Positions 39,505 to 49,029 of a stretch of 64,000 nucleotides of DNA are shown here, piece by piece. The notes beneath the pieces were generated by a model. It searched no databases. It was not told where the DNA came from and saw only the letters and a program-made list of their open reading frames with translations. The stretch's first letter is position 1. The number at the start of each line of letters is the position of its first letter. The stretch is from an uncultured Candidatus Saccharibacteria bacterium (GTDB lineage Bacteria > Patescibacteriota > Minisyncoccia > SW-4-49-11): the NCBI GenBank assembly GCA_964633865.1, contig CAZWIJ010000001.1, positions 66,352 through 130,351 of the forward strand, given 5' to 3'. A program made the translations under genes and the position numbers.

Positions 39505-41070
39505 CTATCTAATAATTTTACCATTTGGATAATCTATAAATTTTCCTTCTTTTATACTAAATTTACCTGAAATAATCTGATATTCAATCCCTGATTGATA
39601 TTTTCTGACTTTATCAAAATCAATATTTTTTTGAAATAATGACATATTTATTAAATTAATATCAGCTATAAATCCCTCTTTTATTAAACCTCTATTTTGA
39701 ATACCATAATGCTTAGCTGGTATAGATGTTATTTTAGCAATTGCTTGTTCTAAAGATAAATCTTTACCTACATAATTATTTATATATTTAGGCATGCTAT
39801 AAAAACATCTTGGATGATCATACAAATTTTTCTCAAAAAAAGTGTCGTCATACCCTACTCCATCTGTACTGATTATAGAATTTTTATTTATAATAAATTT
39901 TTTGATATGAATATCATTTATAGAATTAATCATTACTTTAACTCCTCCTTCAGAAGCTATAATCAAATTCAAAATAGATTCCTCTATTGACACTTCTTGA
40001 TTTTTAGATATCTCCTGAATTGTTTTTTTAACAAAGTTTTTTCCTTCTCTAAATTGAGATATTACCATAGATGAGTAATCTACATTGTTCATCTTCATCT
40101 CGGCAATAACTTTTTTCCTAACTTCAATATTATGTAACTCTTTTAACATATCATATCTACCGTTTTTTGTGAGCCATTTTGGTAAATGTATATATAAAAC
40201 TCCATTATTATAATTATAGGGAAAAATATCAAATTTAATTGGTAATTTATCTTGGTCAATAGTATGTGACAACATATTATAAACTTCATCAAAATATTTC
40301 CAATTTTTTTTACCTAAAATTTTTAAATGACTAATCTCAGTATTAACTCCAGTTTGTCTAACTATATCTATAACCTCTTGAATTGCACCAATAATATGTT
40401 CAGATTCATCTCTTAAATGAAATGTTAGGATTTTTTTATGTTTCTTCAATATCTGAGCTAACAATAAAAGTTCAGTTTTATCAATTAAATGTGAATGAGT
40501 AAAAGACAATCCTACAGATACACCTAAAGCACCTTGATTCAAACCTCTTTCTATAAACTTTTGGATATAATCTAATTCAGTGTCCAATAAAGGTCTAATC
40601 TCATCCTTCAAAAGTCCTCTTCTAACAGTAGAATATCCAATTAAAGTTGAGTAATTTAAATATAACTTGTTTTTCTCCAATATCTCATAATATTCTTTAA
40701 CCGAATTCCAGTTGATATTAATTTTTGATAAATTTGTCCATTTTTGTATAGATTTTAAAGAATCTATACCACTTAGAGGAGCTAAAGATCCGCCACAATT
40801 ACCACCAATAATAGTTGTTATGCCTTGACTAGCAAGACTTTTTAATTTACTTTGGTTAAATATGGTCAGAGATGTATCTGAATGATTGTTGACATCTATA
40901 AAACCTGGAGTGAGTAATAAATTGTCGGCATCTATAGTTATTTTTGTTTTATAATCAGTATCTTTACTAATAAATTCTATGATTCCCTGATTTATAAGTA
41001 TATTAGATTTTGTAATTTTAGCTCCTGTCCCGTCTATAATTTTTGCATTTTTAATTAAGATATCATACAT
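39505..41070 (-). CDS. N-acyl-D-amino-acid deacylase (D-aminoacylase) family amidohydrolase
   Basis: LLLTPGFIDVNNHSD and QGITTIIGGNCGGSLAP motifs. Confidence 0.65.
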   Translation of the reverse strand: MYDILIKNAKIIDGTGAKITKSNILINQGIIEFISKDTDYKTKITIDADNLLLTPGFIDVNNHSDTSLTIFNQSKLKSLASQGITTIIGGNCGGSLAPLSGIDSLKSIQKWTNLSKININWNSVKEYYEILEKNKLYLNYSTLIGYSTVRRGLLKDEIRPLLDTELDYIQKFIERGLNQGALGVSVGLSFTHSHLIDKTELLLLAQILKKHKKILTFHLRDESEHIIGAIQEVIDIVRQTGVNTEISHLKILGKKNWKYFDEVYNMLSHTIDQDKLPIKFDIFPYNYNNGVLYIHLPKWLTKNGRYDMLKELHNIEVRKKVIAEMKMNNVDYSSMVISQFREGKNFVKKTIQEISKNQEVSIEESILNLIIASEGGVKVMINSINDIHIKKFIINKNSIISTDGVGYDDTFFEKNLYDHPRCFYSMPKYINNYVGKDLSLEQAIAKITSIPAKHYGIQNRGLIKEGFIADINLINMSLFQKNIDFDKVRKYQSGIEYQIISGKFSIKEGKFIDYPNGKIIR

Positions 41071-41109
41071 ATTATATTTTTTATATTTATAAATTAAATA
41101 AATTTTATA

Positions 41110-42171
41110 TTATCCCATTCCTATTATACCTAGAATTAATCCCAATATACTCATAACCCAAGATACAATCCAAAATCTCATCACAATTTTAGGTTCATCC
41201 CAACCAATTGCTTGAAAATGATGGTGTATTGGAGCTGATATAAAAATTTTTCTTTTCAAAAATCTTTTTGATAAAAGCTGTAAAATAGATGATCCCCCTT
41301 CAACAAAGAATAAAAATCCTATAATGGGTAGTATAAATAAAGAATTTGTTACAACTGAAATAACAGATAATGTGGCACCCAAGGCAAAAGCTCCCGTACC
41401 TCCCATAAAAAACCTAGCAGGATGTATATTAAACCATAAAAATGCTGCCAAAGCACCAATCAAAGTACAAATAAACATAACTAAAGAGTATTTTCCTTGA
41501 ATAAAAGCTAAAACTGCAAGACTAGAAAAAGTAGGTATAATTGATCCAGCTAAAAGCCCATCTAAACCATCTGTAATATCAACTGAATTCATAACAAAAA
41601 TAACTACTAATATAAATATAGGTATATACCATAATCCTAATTCAAAATCAACTGGCAAACCAAACAATCCCCCCCCAGGGATATGAATTGAAGTCCAATT
41701 AAGTTTAAAGGTAAACCAATATGCACCAAATAGAGCAATTAACATTTGTAAAGAAATTTTAATCTTAACTCCTAAGCCTTTAATTTTTCCTATACCTTTT
41801 ATATTAAAAAAATCATCTAATGCTCCTAAAAATCCTCCTGATACTAAAAAAAATAACGGTAAAAATGTTTCTTCTCTACTCAAATTAAACAAAGTAAATA
41901 TAGCTGTTATCCCCCAAAAAAGTATACCTGCCATAGTAGGAGTTCCTTTTTTATAAGAATGCATTGACTGGAATATTGGTGATCCCGTACCGTCCCAAGA
42001 ATCATCTCGAATATTTTTACCTAATTTATTTTTATATAAAAAATTAGTTAATAAAGGTGTAATTATAATACCAAAGAAAAATGCTAATATCGTTATACTA
42101 AGTGTATTTATTAAAATTATAACATTAGGAACATTTTGAACTTGAGCTTGCTCTAAAATTTCTTTTAACAT
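41110..42171 (-). CDS. mraY: Phospho-N-acetylmuramoyl-pentapeptide transferase
   Basis: NSVDITDGLDGL and HPARFFMGGTGAFALG motifs; 10 TM helices. Confidence 0.85.
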   Translation of the reverse strand: MLKEILEQAQVQNVPNVIILINTLSITILAFFFGIIITPLLTNFLYKNKLGKNIRDDSWDGTGSPIFQSMHSYKKGTPTMAGILFWGITAIFTLFNLSREETFLPLFFLVSGGFLGALDDFFNIKGIGKIKGLGVKIKISLQMLIALFGAYWFTFKLNWTSIHIPGGGLFGLPVDFELGLWYIPIFILVVIFVMNSVDITDGLDGLLAGSIIPTFSSLAVLAFIQGKYSLVMFICTLIGALAAFLWFNIHPARFFMGGTGAFALGATLSVISVVTNSLFILPIIGFLFFVEGGSSILQLLSKRFLKRKIFISAPIHHHFQAIGWDEPKIVMRFWIVSWVMSILGLILGIIGMG

Positions 42172-42190
42172 GATTTTACTTATATTAATT

Positions 42191-42775
42191 TTATTTTTCT
42201 ATATCACTACTATTATTTATAAGAGTTCTATTTCTTAAATCTTCTAATATACTCAATACAAATTTATCAAACATATTCTTTCTATAATCAAATTCTTCTT
42301 TTGATAAAATAACATATTTTATCTCTTTTCCTAATTCTGATTCTATTGCTTCTAATAAAGATTCAAATCTTTTTTCATTTAAACTATCTATAACTAATAA
42401 CAAATCTACTTTATCATGATCTCTTTGTAAAAATGCTCCCATAACAACACATAAAGTTACTATCCCAAGACTATTGATTTTATTGGTTAAATCATCAAAA
42501 AATGTATCACTTAATTTAAATATAATAGTTTCTAAAATAGTTATTTCTTCTATAGGAATTAGTTTATACTCTAAAGATTTATCAGATTTATTTTCTTCCA
42601 AAATACCATTTTTCACAGCATTTTTAAGCTCTCTTCTTAATTCATTTGGTTGTATTTTAGTCTTATCAGAAATTATATTTATTGCAAAAGATTGATTTTT
42701 ATTATGTAAAAAAAACTTTAATAATTTTAATTTTTCATATCCCAACAAATATGTTAATGGACCTCTTATGATCAT
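42191..42775 (-). CDS. Hypothetical protein between rplL and mraY
   Basis: 194-aa ORF; no recognisable motifs. Confidence 0.4.
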   Translation of the reverse strand: MIIRGPLTYLLGYEKLKLLKFFLHNKNQSFAINIISDKTKIQPNELRRELKNAVKNGILEENKSDKSLEYKLIPIEEITILETIIFKLSDTFFDDLTNKINSLGIVTLCVVMGAFLQRDHDKVDLLLVIDSLNEKRFESLLEAIESELGKEIKYVILSKEEFDYRKNMFDKFVLSILEDLRNRTLINNSSDIEK

Positions 42776-42852
42776 CTCTATATCATTATTCTTATTAATA
42801 TTTATATATTATCAGAAAAATAAACTTTTTCATAGATTAAAATAAGAATCTT

Positions 42853-42900
42853 GTATTATTTAAAAATAAAAGAGATTATCTAAATTATATAATCTCTTTT
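42853..42900 (-). terminator. Rho-independent terminator after rplL
   Basis: Inverted repeat AAAAGAGATTAT...ATAATCTCTTTT followed on the minus strand by TTTTATTTTTAAA. Confidence 0.5.
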
Positions 42901-42930
42901 ATAAAAGGTCTTTAGTATAAACTAAATAAA

Positions 42931-43329
42931 CTATTTTACAACAACAGTTGCTCCTGCTTCTTGTAACTTTGCTTTGATTTCATCAGCTTCTGCTTTAGCA
43001 ACTTTTTCTTTAACAGCTTTAGGTGCTCCATCAACAATTTCTTTTGCTTCTTTTAACCCTAGACCTGTAATTTCTTTAACAGCTTTGATAACCTGAATTT
43101 TAGAACTTCCTGCATCTTCAATAATAACATCAAATTCTGATTTCTCTTGAACTTCTCCTGCATCTGATGCTGCAGCTGGCATAGCTCCCATCATCATAGG
43201 TGCTGCTGCTGAAACTCCTAATTCTTCTTCTAAAATTTTTACTAACTCTGAAATTTCTAACACTGACAAACCTTTGATAGTTTCTACAATTGATTCAAAT
43301 TTTTTTGGGATCTTTACATCTTCTGACAT
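42931..43329 (-). CDS. rplL: 50S ribosomal protein L7/L12
   Basis: [18 protein letters not shown]..., Ala/Met-rich hinge, C-terminal [16 protein letters not shown]. Confidence 0.9.
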   Translation of the reverse strand: MSEDVKIPKKFESIVETIKGLSVLEISELVKILEEELGVSAAAPMMMGAMPAAASDAGEVQEKSEFDVIIEDAGSSKIQVIKAVKEITGLGLKEAKEIVDGAPKAVKEKVAKAEADEIKAKLQEAGATVVVK

Positions 43330-43354
43330 AATTTTAATAAATTAAATTTAATAA

Positions 43355-43876
43355 TTATTTCGAGTCTCTATAAGCAGATAATACTGTTACAAGACTTCTT
43401 CCTGGCTCTGATATTGTTCTTAAAAAACTAGTTACAGGAGCAGCAATGGTTGCAACCAATTGTGACTGTAATTGTTCTTTTGATGGTAATTTTGATAATA
43501 AAATAACTTCATTTTCAGAAATAACTTTGTTATCTAATAGTCCTCCTATAACAAGAAAAGTTCCTTTCTTAGATTTCTTTTGAAAATCAACACTAACTTT
43601 AGATGCTTCCACAGGATCACTAGTAAAGATAACTCCTAAACTACCTGGTAAAATATCTAAATCAATCTCAACTCCTATAGAATTTAATGCTTTTCCAAAT
43701 AGAGTCTTTTTAACAACTTTATAGGAAGAACCATTTTCTCTTAAATTTGTTCTTAATGATTGTAGATCTTTAACCAAAGAACCTTGAAAATCAGTAAATA
43801 CCAGTCCGTTACAATCTGCAATTAAATTTTGCAATTCTTGTAACATTTCTCGTTTTTTTGCTTTTGTTAAAGCCAT
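43355..43876 (-). CDS. rplJ: 50S ribosomal protein L10
   Basis: MALTKAKKREMLQEL...LVFTDFQGSLVKDLQSLR... family pattern, immediately upstream of rplL. Confidence 0.85.
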   Translation of the reverse strand: MALTKAKKREMLQELQNLIADCNGLVFTDFQGSLVKDLQSLRTNLRENGSSYKVVKKTLFGKALNSIGVEIDLDILPGSLGVIFTSDPVEASKVSVDFQKKSKKGTFLVIGGLLDNKVISENEVILLSKLPSKEQLQSQLVATIAAPVTSFLRTISEPGRSLVTVLSAYRDSK

Positions 43877-44118
43877 ATATATTTAGATTACTTAAATGGA
43901 TTAAAAAAGCCCGACCTATTGAGCCGAGTAACATTAAAAATAAATTTTTTAATGCCTATACAAGTCTTATTTTTATTGCTTGTAGTCTCTGGCTATATGC
44001 TTTCTATAATAAATATTATCTTAAATTTAATATCTTGTCAAGTGATCATTTACAATATAAGCAAAATAAAACACCTTATAATTTTATAAAGTGTTCTTAA
44101 TATTTAAATTATTTAAAT

Positions 44119-44745
44119 TTAGCCTTTACTTAAAGCAACTTTCATACCTATAAAAATTAACAATCCTCCTAAAAATTTATTAACTTTATCTTGAAATTTT
44201 TCAAAAATCAAGCGAATATTTTTTTGAGTTATCAGTAATGATAAAAATGAAAACCATATCATTGTGTTTAGTATCATAATTATACTCATTATACCCATAA
44301 TTGACATAGGAGTTTTTGGAGATATTATAACTGTAAATAAACTTAGAAAAAATAATGTAGCCTTTGGATTAAGTACATTAGTTAAAAATCCAATTTTTAA
44401 AGAGGATAATATTGAGATATCTTTACTTTTGAATTTATCAGTAACTTGAATTTTTGAAGACTTACATCTTATAGATTTAATCCCAATATAAATCAAGTAA
44501 CTTGCCCCAAGAAATTTTATTATATTAAAAATAATAATAGACTTAGAAACAATGAAAGCAATACCTGCCAAAGATATAGATATATGAATTAAACAACCTA
44601 TACCTAATCCAACCGATGTCCAAATACCAGATTTTCGTGAATAAGTTAGTGCATTTCTACATACTATAATAAAATCAGGTCCTGGAACAATAACTGCTAA
44701 CAAATGAGCCGTAGCAACTGTACCTATTAACGAGAGGTAGTTCAT
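44119..44745 (-). CDS. LysE/RhtB-type amino-acid exporter
   Basis: LLAVIVPGPDFIIV signature; 6 TM helices. Confidence 0.7.
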   Translation of the reverse strand: MNYLSLIGTVATAHLLAVIVPGPDFIIVCRNALTYSRKSGIWTSVGLGIGCLIHISISLAGIAFIVSKSIIIFNIIKFLGASYLIYIGIKSIRCKSSKIQVTDKFKSKDISILSSLKIGFLTNVLNPKATLFFLSLFTVIISPKTPMSIMGIMSIIMILNTMIWFSFLSLLITQKNIRLIFEKFQDKVNKFLGGLLIFIGMKVALSKG

Positions 44746-44963
44746 TTATTTTTAAGATATCTTTTAATTTATAAATGTGCAATTTATTTATAACATAGAT
44801 ATTAATTTCTGTCTATTCTTTCTTAATTTAATCTCATTATATATTTAATATTAATTCTATGATATAATAGATATTATTAATTTAAATAACAAAAAAGGTC
44901 TAAAGCTCTTTACAATATCCTTATTATTCTGTATATTATTGGTAAATTAACTTTATTAAATTT

Positions 44964-45608
44964 ATGTTTGATCCATTATTCAATTTCCTAATAGAAGGAG
45001 GAGTTCCTAAAGATACTATTATAGTATTACTAATGTTCCCTATTATAGCAAGTTTTATTGTTGCTGCAAGACAAATTGTTGGAATAAAAGCTTTTGGTAT
45101 ATATGCTCCTTTGATAATAACCTTTACTTTTCTTGAAGTAAATATAAAGTATGGATTTGCTATATTTATTATGGCTCTTTTAGTTGCATCTCTAACAAGG
45201 TTTGTTTTAAAAAAATTTAGTATCCTTTATCTACCTAAAATGGCTTTAATACTATCTATAACTGTCATGACTATGTTTTTTATATTGATTGAAGCTATCT
45301 TGAATAATAGAACTATTCTGGTTAATCTTCCAATTTATCAAATTTTGATTATAATCACATTAGTTGAAAAATTTATAAATGTACAAATAGAAAAAGGTTA
45401 TAGAACAGCTATTGTTTTATCGGTAGAAACTCTCATTTTATCTAGTTTAGGATATTATATTATAAGTAATGATTGGATCAGAGAACTTGTATTTAATAAT
45501 CCTTTAATAGTAATTCTATTCTTTATTATAATTATATTATTAGGTAAATATGATGGATTAAGAATTAATGAATATATAAGATTTAGAAAATTGATTTCTA
45601 ATAGATAA
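44964..45608 (+). CDS. Multi-pass (about 6-7 TM) membrane protein; candidate 7TM partner of the downstream ATP-grasp
   Basis: Hydropathy pattern; 11-nt spacing to the next gene; compare the 7TM(-transglutaminase)/RimK-like/retropepsin triads described by Iyer and Aravind. Confidence 0.45.
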   Translation: MFDPLFNFLIEGGVPKDTIIVLLMFPIIASFIVAARQIVGIKAFGIYAPLIITFTFLEVNIKYGFAIFIMALLVASLTRFVLKKFSILYLPKMALILSITVMTMFFILIEAILNNRTILVNLPIYQILIIITLVEKFINVQIEKGYRTAIVLSVETLILSSLGYYIISNDWIRELVFNNPLIVILFFIIIILLGKYDGLRINEYIRFRKLISNR

Positions 45609-45619
45609 TTTTTATTATT

Positions 45620-47056
45620 ATGAATATTATAAAGGATTTTATTTTTAGTCAAAAAATATTAGGAATGAATGCAAGAAATCTTTCTTATATTAAGCCTTAT
45701 AATAAAAAAAAATGGATTCGAATTGTAGATAATAAAATCACATTCAAAAAGGTATTAGAAAAAAATGATATTCCAACACCAAAATTAATTGGACTAATAC
45801 AAGATTATTCTCAGTTGAATGAATTTGATTTTACCAAATTACCAAAGAGCTTTGTCTTAAAACCAACTAATGGATTTGGAGGTGAAGGAATTCTTGTAAT
45901 ATTTGGTGAGGATAAAAAAGGGTCATCTAGTGGAGAAAGGATTTGGGTAAAAGGAAAAGGTGTAAAAATCACTGAGTCAGATTTGATTAATCATATAAAA
46001 AATATTTTAGATGGAACATATTCTAGAACAAATAGTCCTGATATAGCTTTTTTTGAAGAGAGAATAAAAATAACAAAACAATTTAAATCAATTGCTTATA
46101 AAGGTATTCCTGATATTAGAGTAATTGTCTTTAATAGAGTACCTGTAATGGCTATGTTAAGAATACCTACAAAAAAATCTGATGGGAAAGCAAATCTTCA
46201 TCAAGGAGGTATTGGAGTTGGAATTGATTTAGCTAATGGTATAACTACTAATGCCATAATGGATGGAAATCTAATTGAATATGTACCTGAAACAAAAATC
46301 ATTTTATCTGGAATAAAAATTCCTTATTGGGATAAAATCTTAGAGATTTCAGTTAGAACTGCAGATGCAACAAATATGGGATATACCGGAATTGACATAT
46401 CTCTTGATAGGGATGAAGGACCGGTTGTATTAGAAGCAAATGCTAGACCTGGTCTTGCTATACAATTTGCTAACCTAGCTCCACTAAAAGAAAGACTTGA
46501 AAAAATAGCTAATTTAAAAATAAAGACTGTAAAAAGAGCCATTCAAATATCTAAAAATCTATTTGGAGGAGAAATAGAAGAAGAAGTGGAAGAAATTACT
46601 GGAAAAACTTTAATTGGATTAAAAATTAAAACTAATATATTTGGATTAGATGAAAGATACTCTGAAGTTGACACAAAAGTTGATACTGGAGCAGATTCTT
46701 CTAGTGTTGATGCTACTTTAATAGAAGAATTAGGTTTTGGGTCTGTATTTGAAGAGTTTAGGCAATTAAATTTACCTAATGAAGTAAATGAGAAAAATAG
46801 ATTTGAAATTAATAAACTTACAGATAAAATTAATTTAGACCTTAAAAATAACAATTCAGGATATTTAAAAAAAGTAGCCATAGTCAAAGCTGGAAATGGA
46901 TTTAGCTTAAGACCTTATGTCCAATTAAAATTAAAAATTGAAAATGTTTATATTATATCAACTTGCTCTATCGTGGATAGAAGCCATTTAAAATTTAAAA
47001 TGCTTTTAGGTAAAAAAGATATGAAAAATTTTATTATTGATCCAACTAAAAGATAA
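45620..47056 (+). CDS. RimK-like ATP-grasp (alpha-L-glutamate ligase-related, GMNARN-type) fused to a C-terminal retropepsin-like aspartyl protease domain
   Basis: N-terminal ILGMNARNLSYI, FVLKPTNGFGGEGI, NLHQGGIGVGIDL and VVLEANARPGLAIQ; C-terminal VDTGADSSSVDATLIEELG carries the D-T/S-G-A active-site signature of PF05618-like proteases. Confidence 0.65.
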   Translation: MNIIKDFIFSQKILGMNARNLSYIKPYNKKKWIRIVDNKITFKKVLEKNDIPTPKLIGLIQDYSQLNEFDFTKLPKSFVLKPTNGFGGEGILVIFGEDKKGSSSGERIWVKGKGVKITESDLINHIKNILDGTYSRTNSPDIAFFEERIKITKQFKSIAYKGIPDIRVIVFNRVPVMAMLRIPTKKSDGKANLHQGGIGVGIDLANGITTNAIMDGNLIEYVPETKIILSGIKIPYWDKILEISVRTADATNMGYTGIDISLDRDEGPVVLEANARPGLAIQFANLAPLKERLEKIANLKIKTVKRAIQISKNLFGGEIEEEVEEITGKTLIGLKIKTNIFGLDERYSEVDTKVDTGADSSSVDATLIEELGFGSVFEEFRQLNLPNEVNEKNRFEINKLTDKINLDLKNNNSGYLKKVAIVKAGNGFSLRPYVQLKLKIENVYIISTCSIVDRSHLKFKMLLGKKDMKNFIIDPTKR

Positions 47057-47061
47057 TTTAT

Positions 47062-47478
47062 ATGAAAATTGAAATTTACACAGATGGAGGTTCTAGAGGT
47101 AATCCAGGAAAATCTGCCATTGGATATATAATTCATATATCTAATCAAGAACCTATACGACATGGTGAATATATAGGAATTACAACGAATAATGTCGCTG
47201 AATATACAGCTATTCTTAATTCTTTACAAAGAGTTAAACAGGAATTGAATGGGAAAAATTTAGATAAATTAGATATAGAACTAAAACTAGATTCTGAATT
47301 AGCTCAAAAACAACTATTAGGTATCTATAAAGTAAAACAAGATCATTTAAAGCTATTTGTTAAATCTATATTAGATATATCAACTGAATTTAAATCAATC
47401 CAGTTTATTCACATAAGAAGAGAATTAAATAAAGAAGCTGACAAAATGGTTAATATAGCATTAAATAATCAATTATAA
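47062..47478 (+). CDS. rnhA: Ribonuclease HI
   Basis: IYTDGGSRGNPG, AEYTAIL, DSEL and KEADK give a DEDD active site. Confidence 0.75.
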   Translation: MKIEIYTDGGSRGNPGKSAIGYIIHISNQEPIRHGEYIGITTNNVAEYTAILNSLQRVKQELNGKNLDKLDIELKLDSELAQKQLLGIYKVKQDHLKLFVKSILDISTEFKSIQFIHIRRELNKEADKMVNIALNNQL

Positions 47479-47494
47479 TATTAAATTTATCACT

Positions 47495-48919
47495 ATGAAT
47501 CCTAAAATTCAAAATTTCATTTCATTTTTATTAATAATTTTGTTTTTAATAGTAGCTCCTTCTATAATATTTTATGCTATGGGATATAGATTAAATAAAT
47601 CTGCTTATCAAAACAAAAATGAACCTATTATCAAGGCAACTGGGGGGATTAGAATAGATACTCCTATTGTATATAATATAGAAATAGATGGTATAGAAAA
47701 AAATACTAAGACACCTTTCTTAAAAACTGGATTAGATACTAATCCTATTAATATAAAATTATCTAAAGAAAACTTTTATTCTTGGGAAAAGATTTTAAAT
47801 ATTGAACCGAATATTGTAACTCTTATAAATTCAGTCATATTATTCCCAGAGAATCCTGATTTAAATAATATATCTAACTTAATTTCACCCTCTGAGATAA
47901 TAAAAAGTTTTACAGAATCCATATTATACTCATCTTCTAATCCAAATTCTTCCGGTCTATGGATATATAATATTATATCTAAAGAGAATATTCCTTTATT
48001 AAATAACTTAGAGATTAAAGGAAGTATTGATCAAAAATATGAGCTTATTTATTCAAATATATCAGATCAAATAATTATTAAAACATCTATTTTAGAAAAA
48101 GATCAGTATTATTTAATTAGCTTACAGAATGATGAATCTACAACCCCAATTAATATAACAGATTTCTTTAACTATGATGTAAATTTAGCAAATATAGAAA
48201 TAGTAGACTTGTCAAATAATATTCTTACATATTTACAGGGAGGTCATATTTTCCAATATAACCTAGCTATCAATAAAAAATCTAATATTATATTAAGTAA
48301 TGTGACAAAAGCTAAATTAATACAAAATAATATATATTACTTAAAGGAAAACACAAATGAAATATATATTTATAATTTAAACAATGATATCTCAACTTTA
48401 CTAATTTCTGGACAAGAGAGTATAACTCAATTTTTTGTATCAGATAATCAATCTCATATAATATCTATTGAAAATAATATATTATGGGTAAAAAATCTAT
48501 TAGATAATTCATTAGAAAGTGAAAAATTAGATAATTTAGAGCTTACAAATATTAAGTTTAGTTATGATAATAAAAGGGCTTTATTATATGGAAATAATGG
48601 TATATATATTTTATATTTAGATAAATTTGAAGGTTATCAAAACAAAAAAGCTGGTGATTTAGATATTATTTATAAATCAGATAGAAAACTTACTGATATA
48701 GATTTTTTCAAAGGATCTGAAGAATATATTACCTTTATAGAAGAAGATATCTTATATTCTATTGAAATTGATGTAAGGGGAGATAAAATAAATAAATATA
48801 ATTTAGGAGAAGCTAAATCTTATTATCAATTCATAAATAAAAATGATAGTATTTTTATTCTTAATTCTAAAGATAATTTAAAATCTTTTCAATTCCCTAT
48901 CAGAACATCTTTGTTTTAA
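47495..48919 (+). CDS. Membrane-anchored protein with a PEGA-like domain
   Basis: N-terminal TM helix; ATGGIRIDTPIVYNIEIDGIEKNTKTPF resembles the PEGA motif. Confidence 0.4.
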   Translation: MNPKIQNFISFLLIILFLIVAPSIIFYAMGYRLNKSAYQNKNEPIIKATGGIRIDTPIVYNIEIDGIEKNTKTPFLKTGLDTNPINIKLSKENFYSWEKILNIEPNIVTLINSVILFPENPDLNNISNLISPSEIIKSFTESILYSSSNPNSSGLWIYNIISKENIPLLNNLEIKGSIDQKYELIYSNISDQIIIKTSILEKDQYYLISLQNDESTTPINITDFFNYDVNLANIEIVDLSNNILTYLQGGHIFQYNLAINKKSNIILSNVTKAKLIQNNIYYLKENTNEIYIYNLNNDISTLLISGQESITQFFVSDNQSHIISIENNILWVKNLLDNSLESEKLDNLELTNIKFSYDNKRALLYGNNGIYILYLDKFEGYQNKKAGDLDIIYKSDRKLTDIDFFKGSEEYITFIEEDILYSIEIDVRGDKINKYNLGEAKSYYQFINKNDSIFILNSKDNLKSFQFPIRTSLF

Positions 48920-49029
48920 TATTAATTCTAATGTAAAAAATATTATATTAGTATATTACTATTAAATCTTTAATAAAAAATAATTTTAGCTATTTTGTAT
49001 TAATTAATAAAAATCTAAAATTAAATAAG

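Noticed and set aside
43877-44118. L10 (rplJ) autoregulatory leader RNA upstream of rplJ
   Set aside because: The region is long enough and transcribed in the right direction, but no convincing conserved L10-binding helix was recognisable by eye.
231-46887. Antisense or overlapping ORFs from the track (e.g. 231..443, 1842..2048, 2097..2288, 3862..4095, 15658..15978, 18362..19546, 24199..24387, 27132..27326, 28152..28506, 29227..29415, 31488..31673, 33897..34094, 35629..36063, 42474..42695, 43858..44100, 44264..44449, 45455..45652, 46324..46887, 46948..47163, 51082..51279, 56267..56560, 60552..60764, 63104..63319)
   Set aside because: Each lies within and antisense to a well-supported gene, has low-complexity composition typical of AT-rich antisense frames, and has no recognisable motifs.
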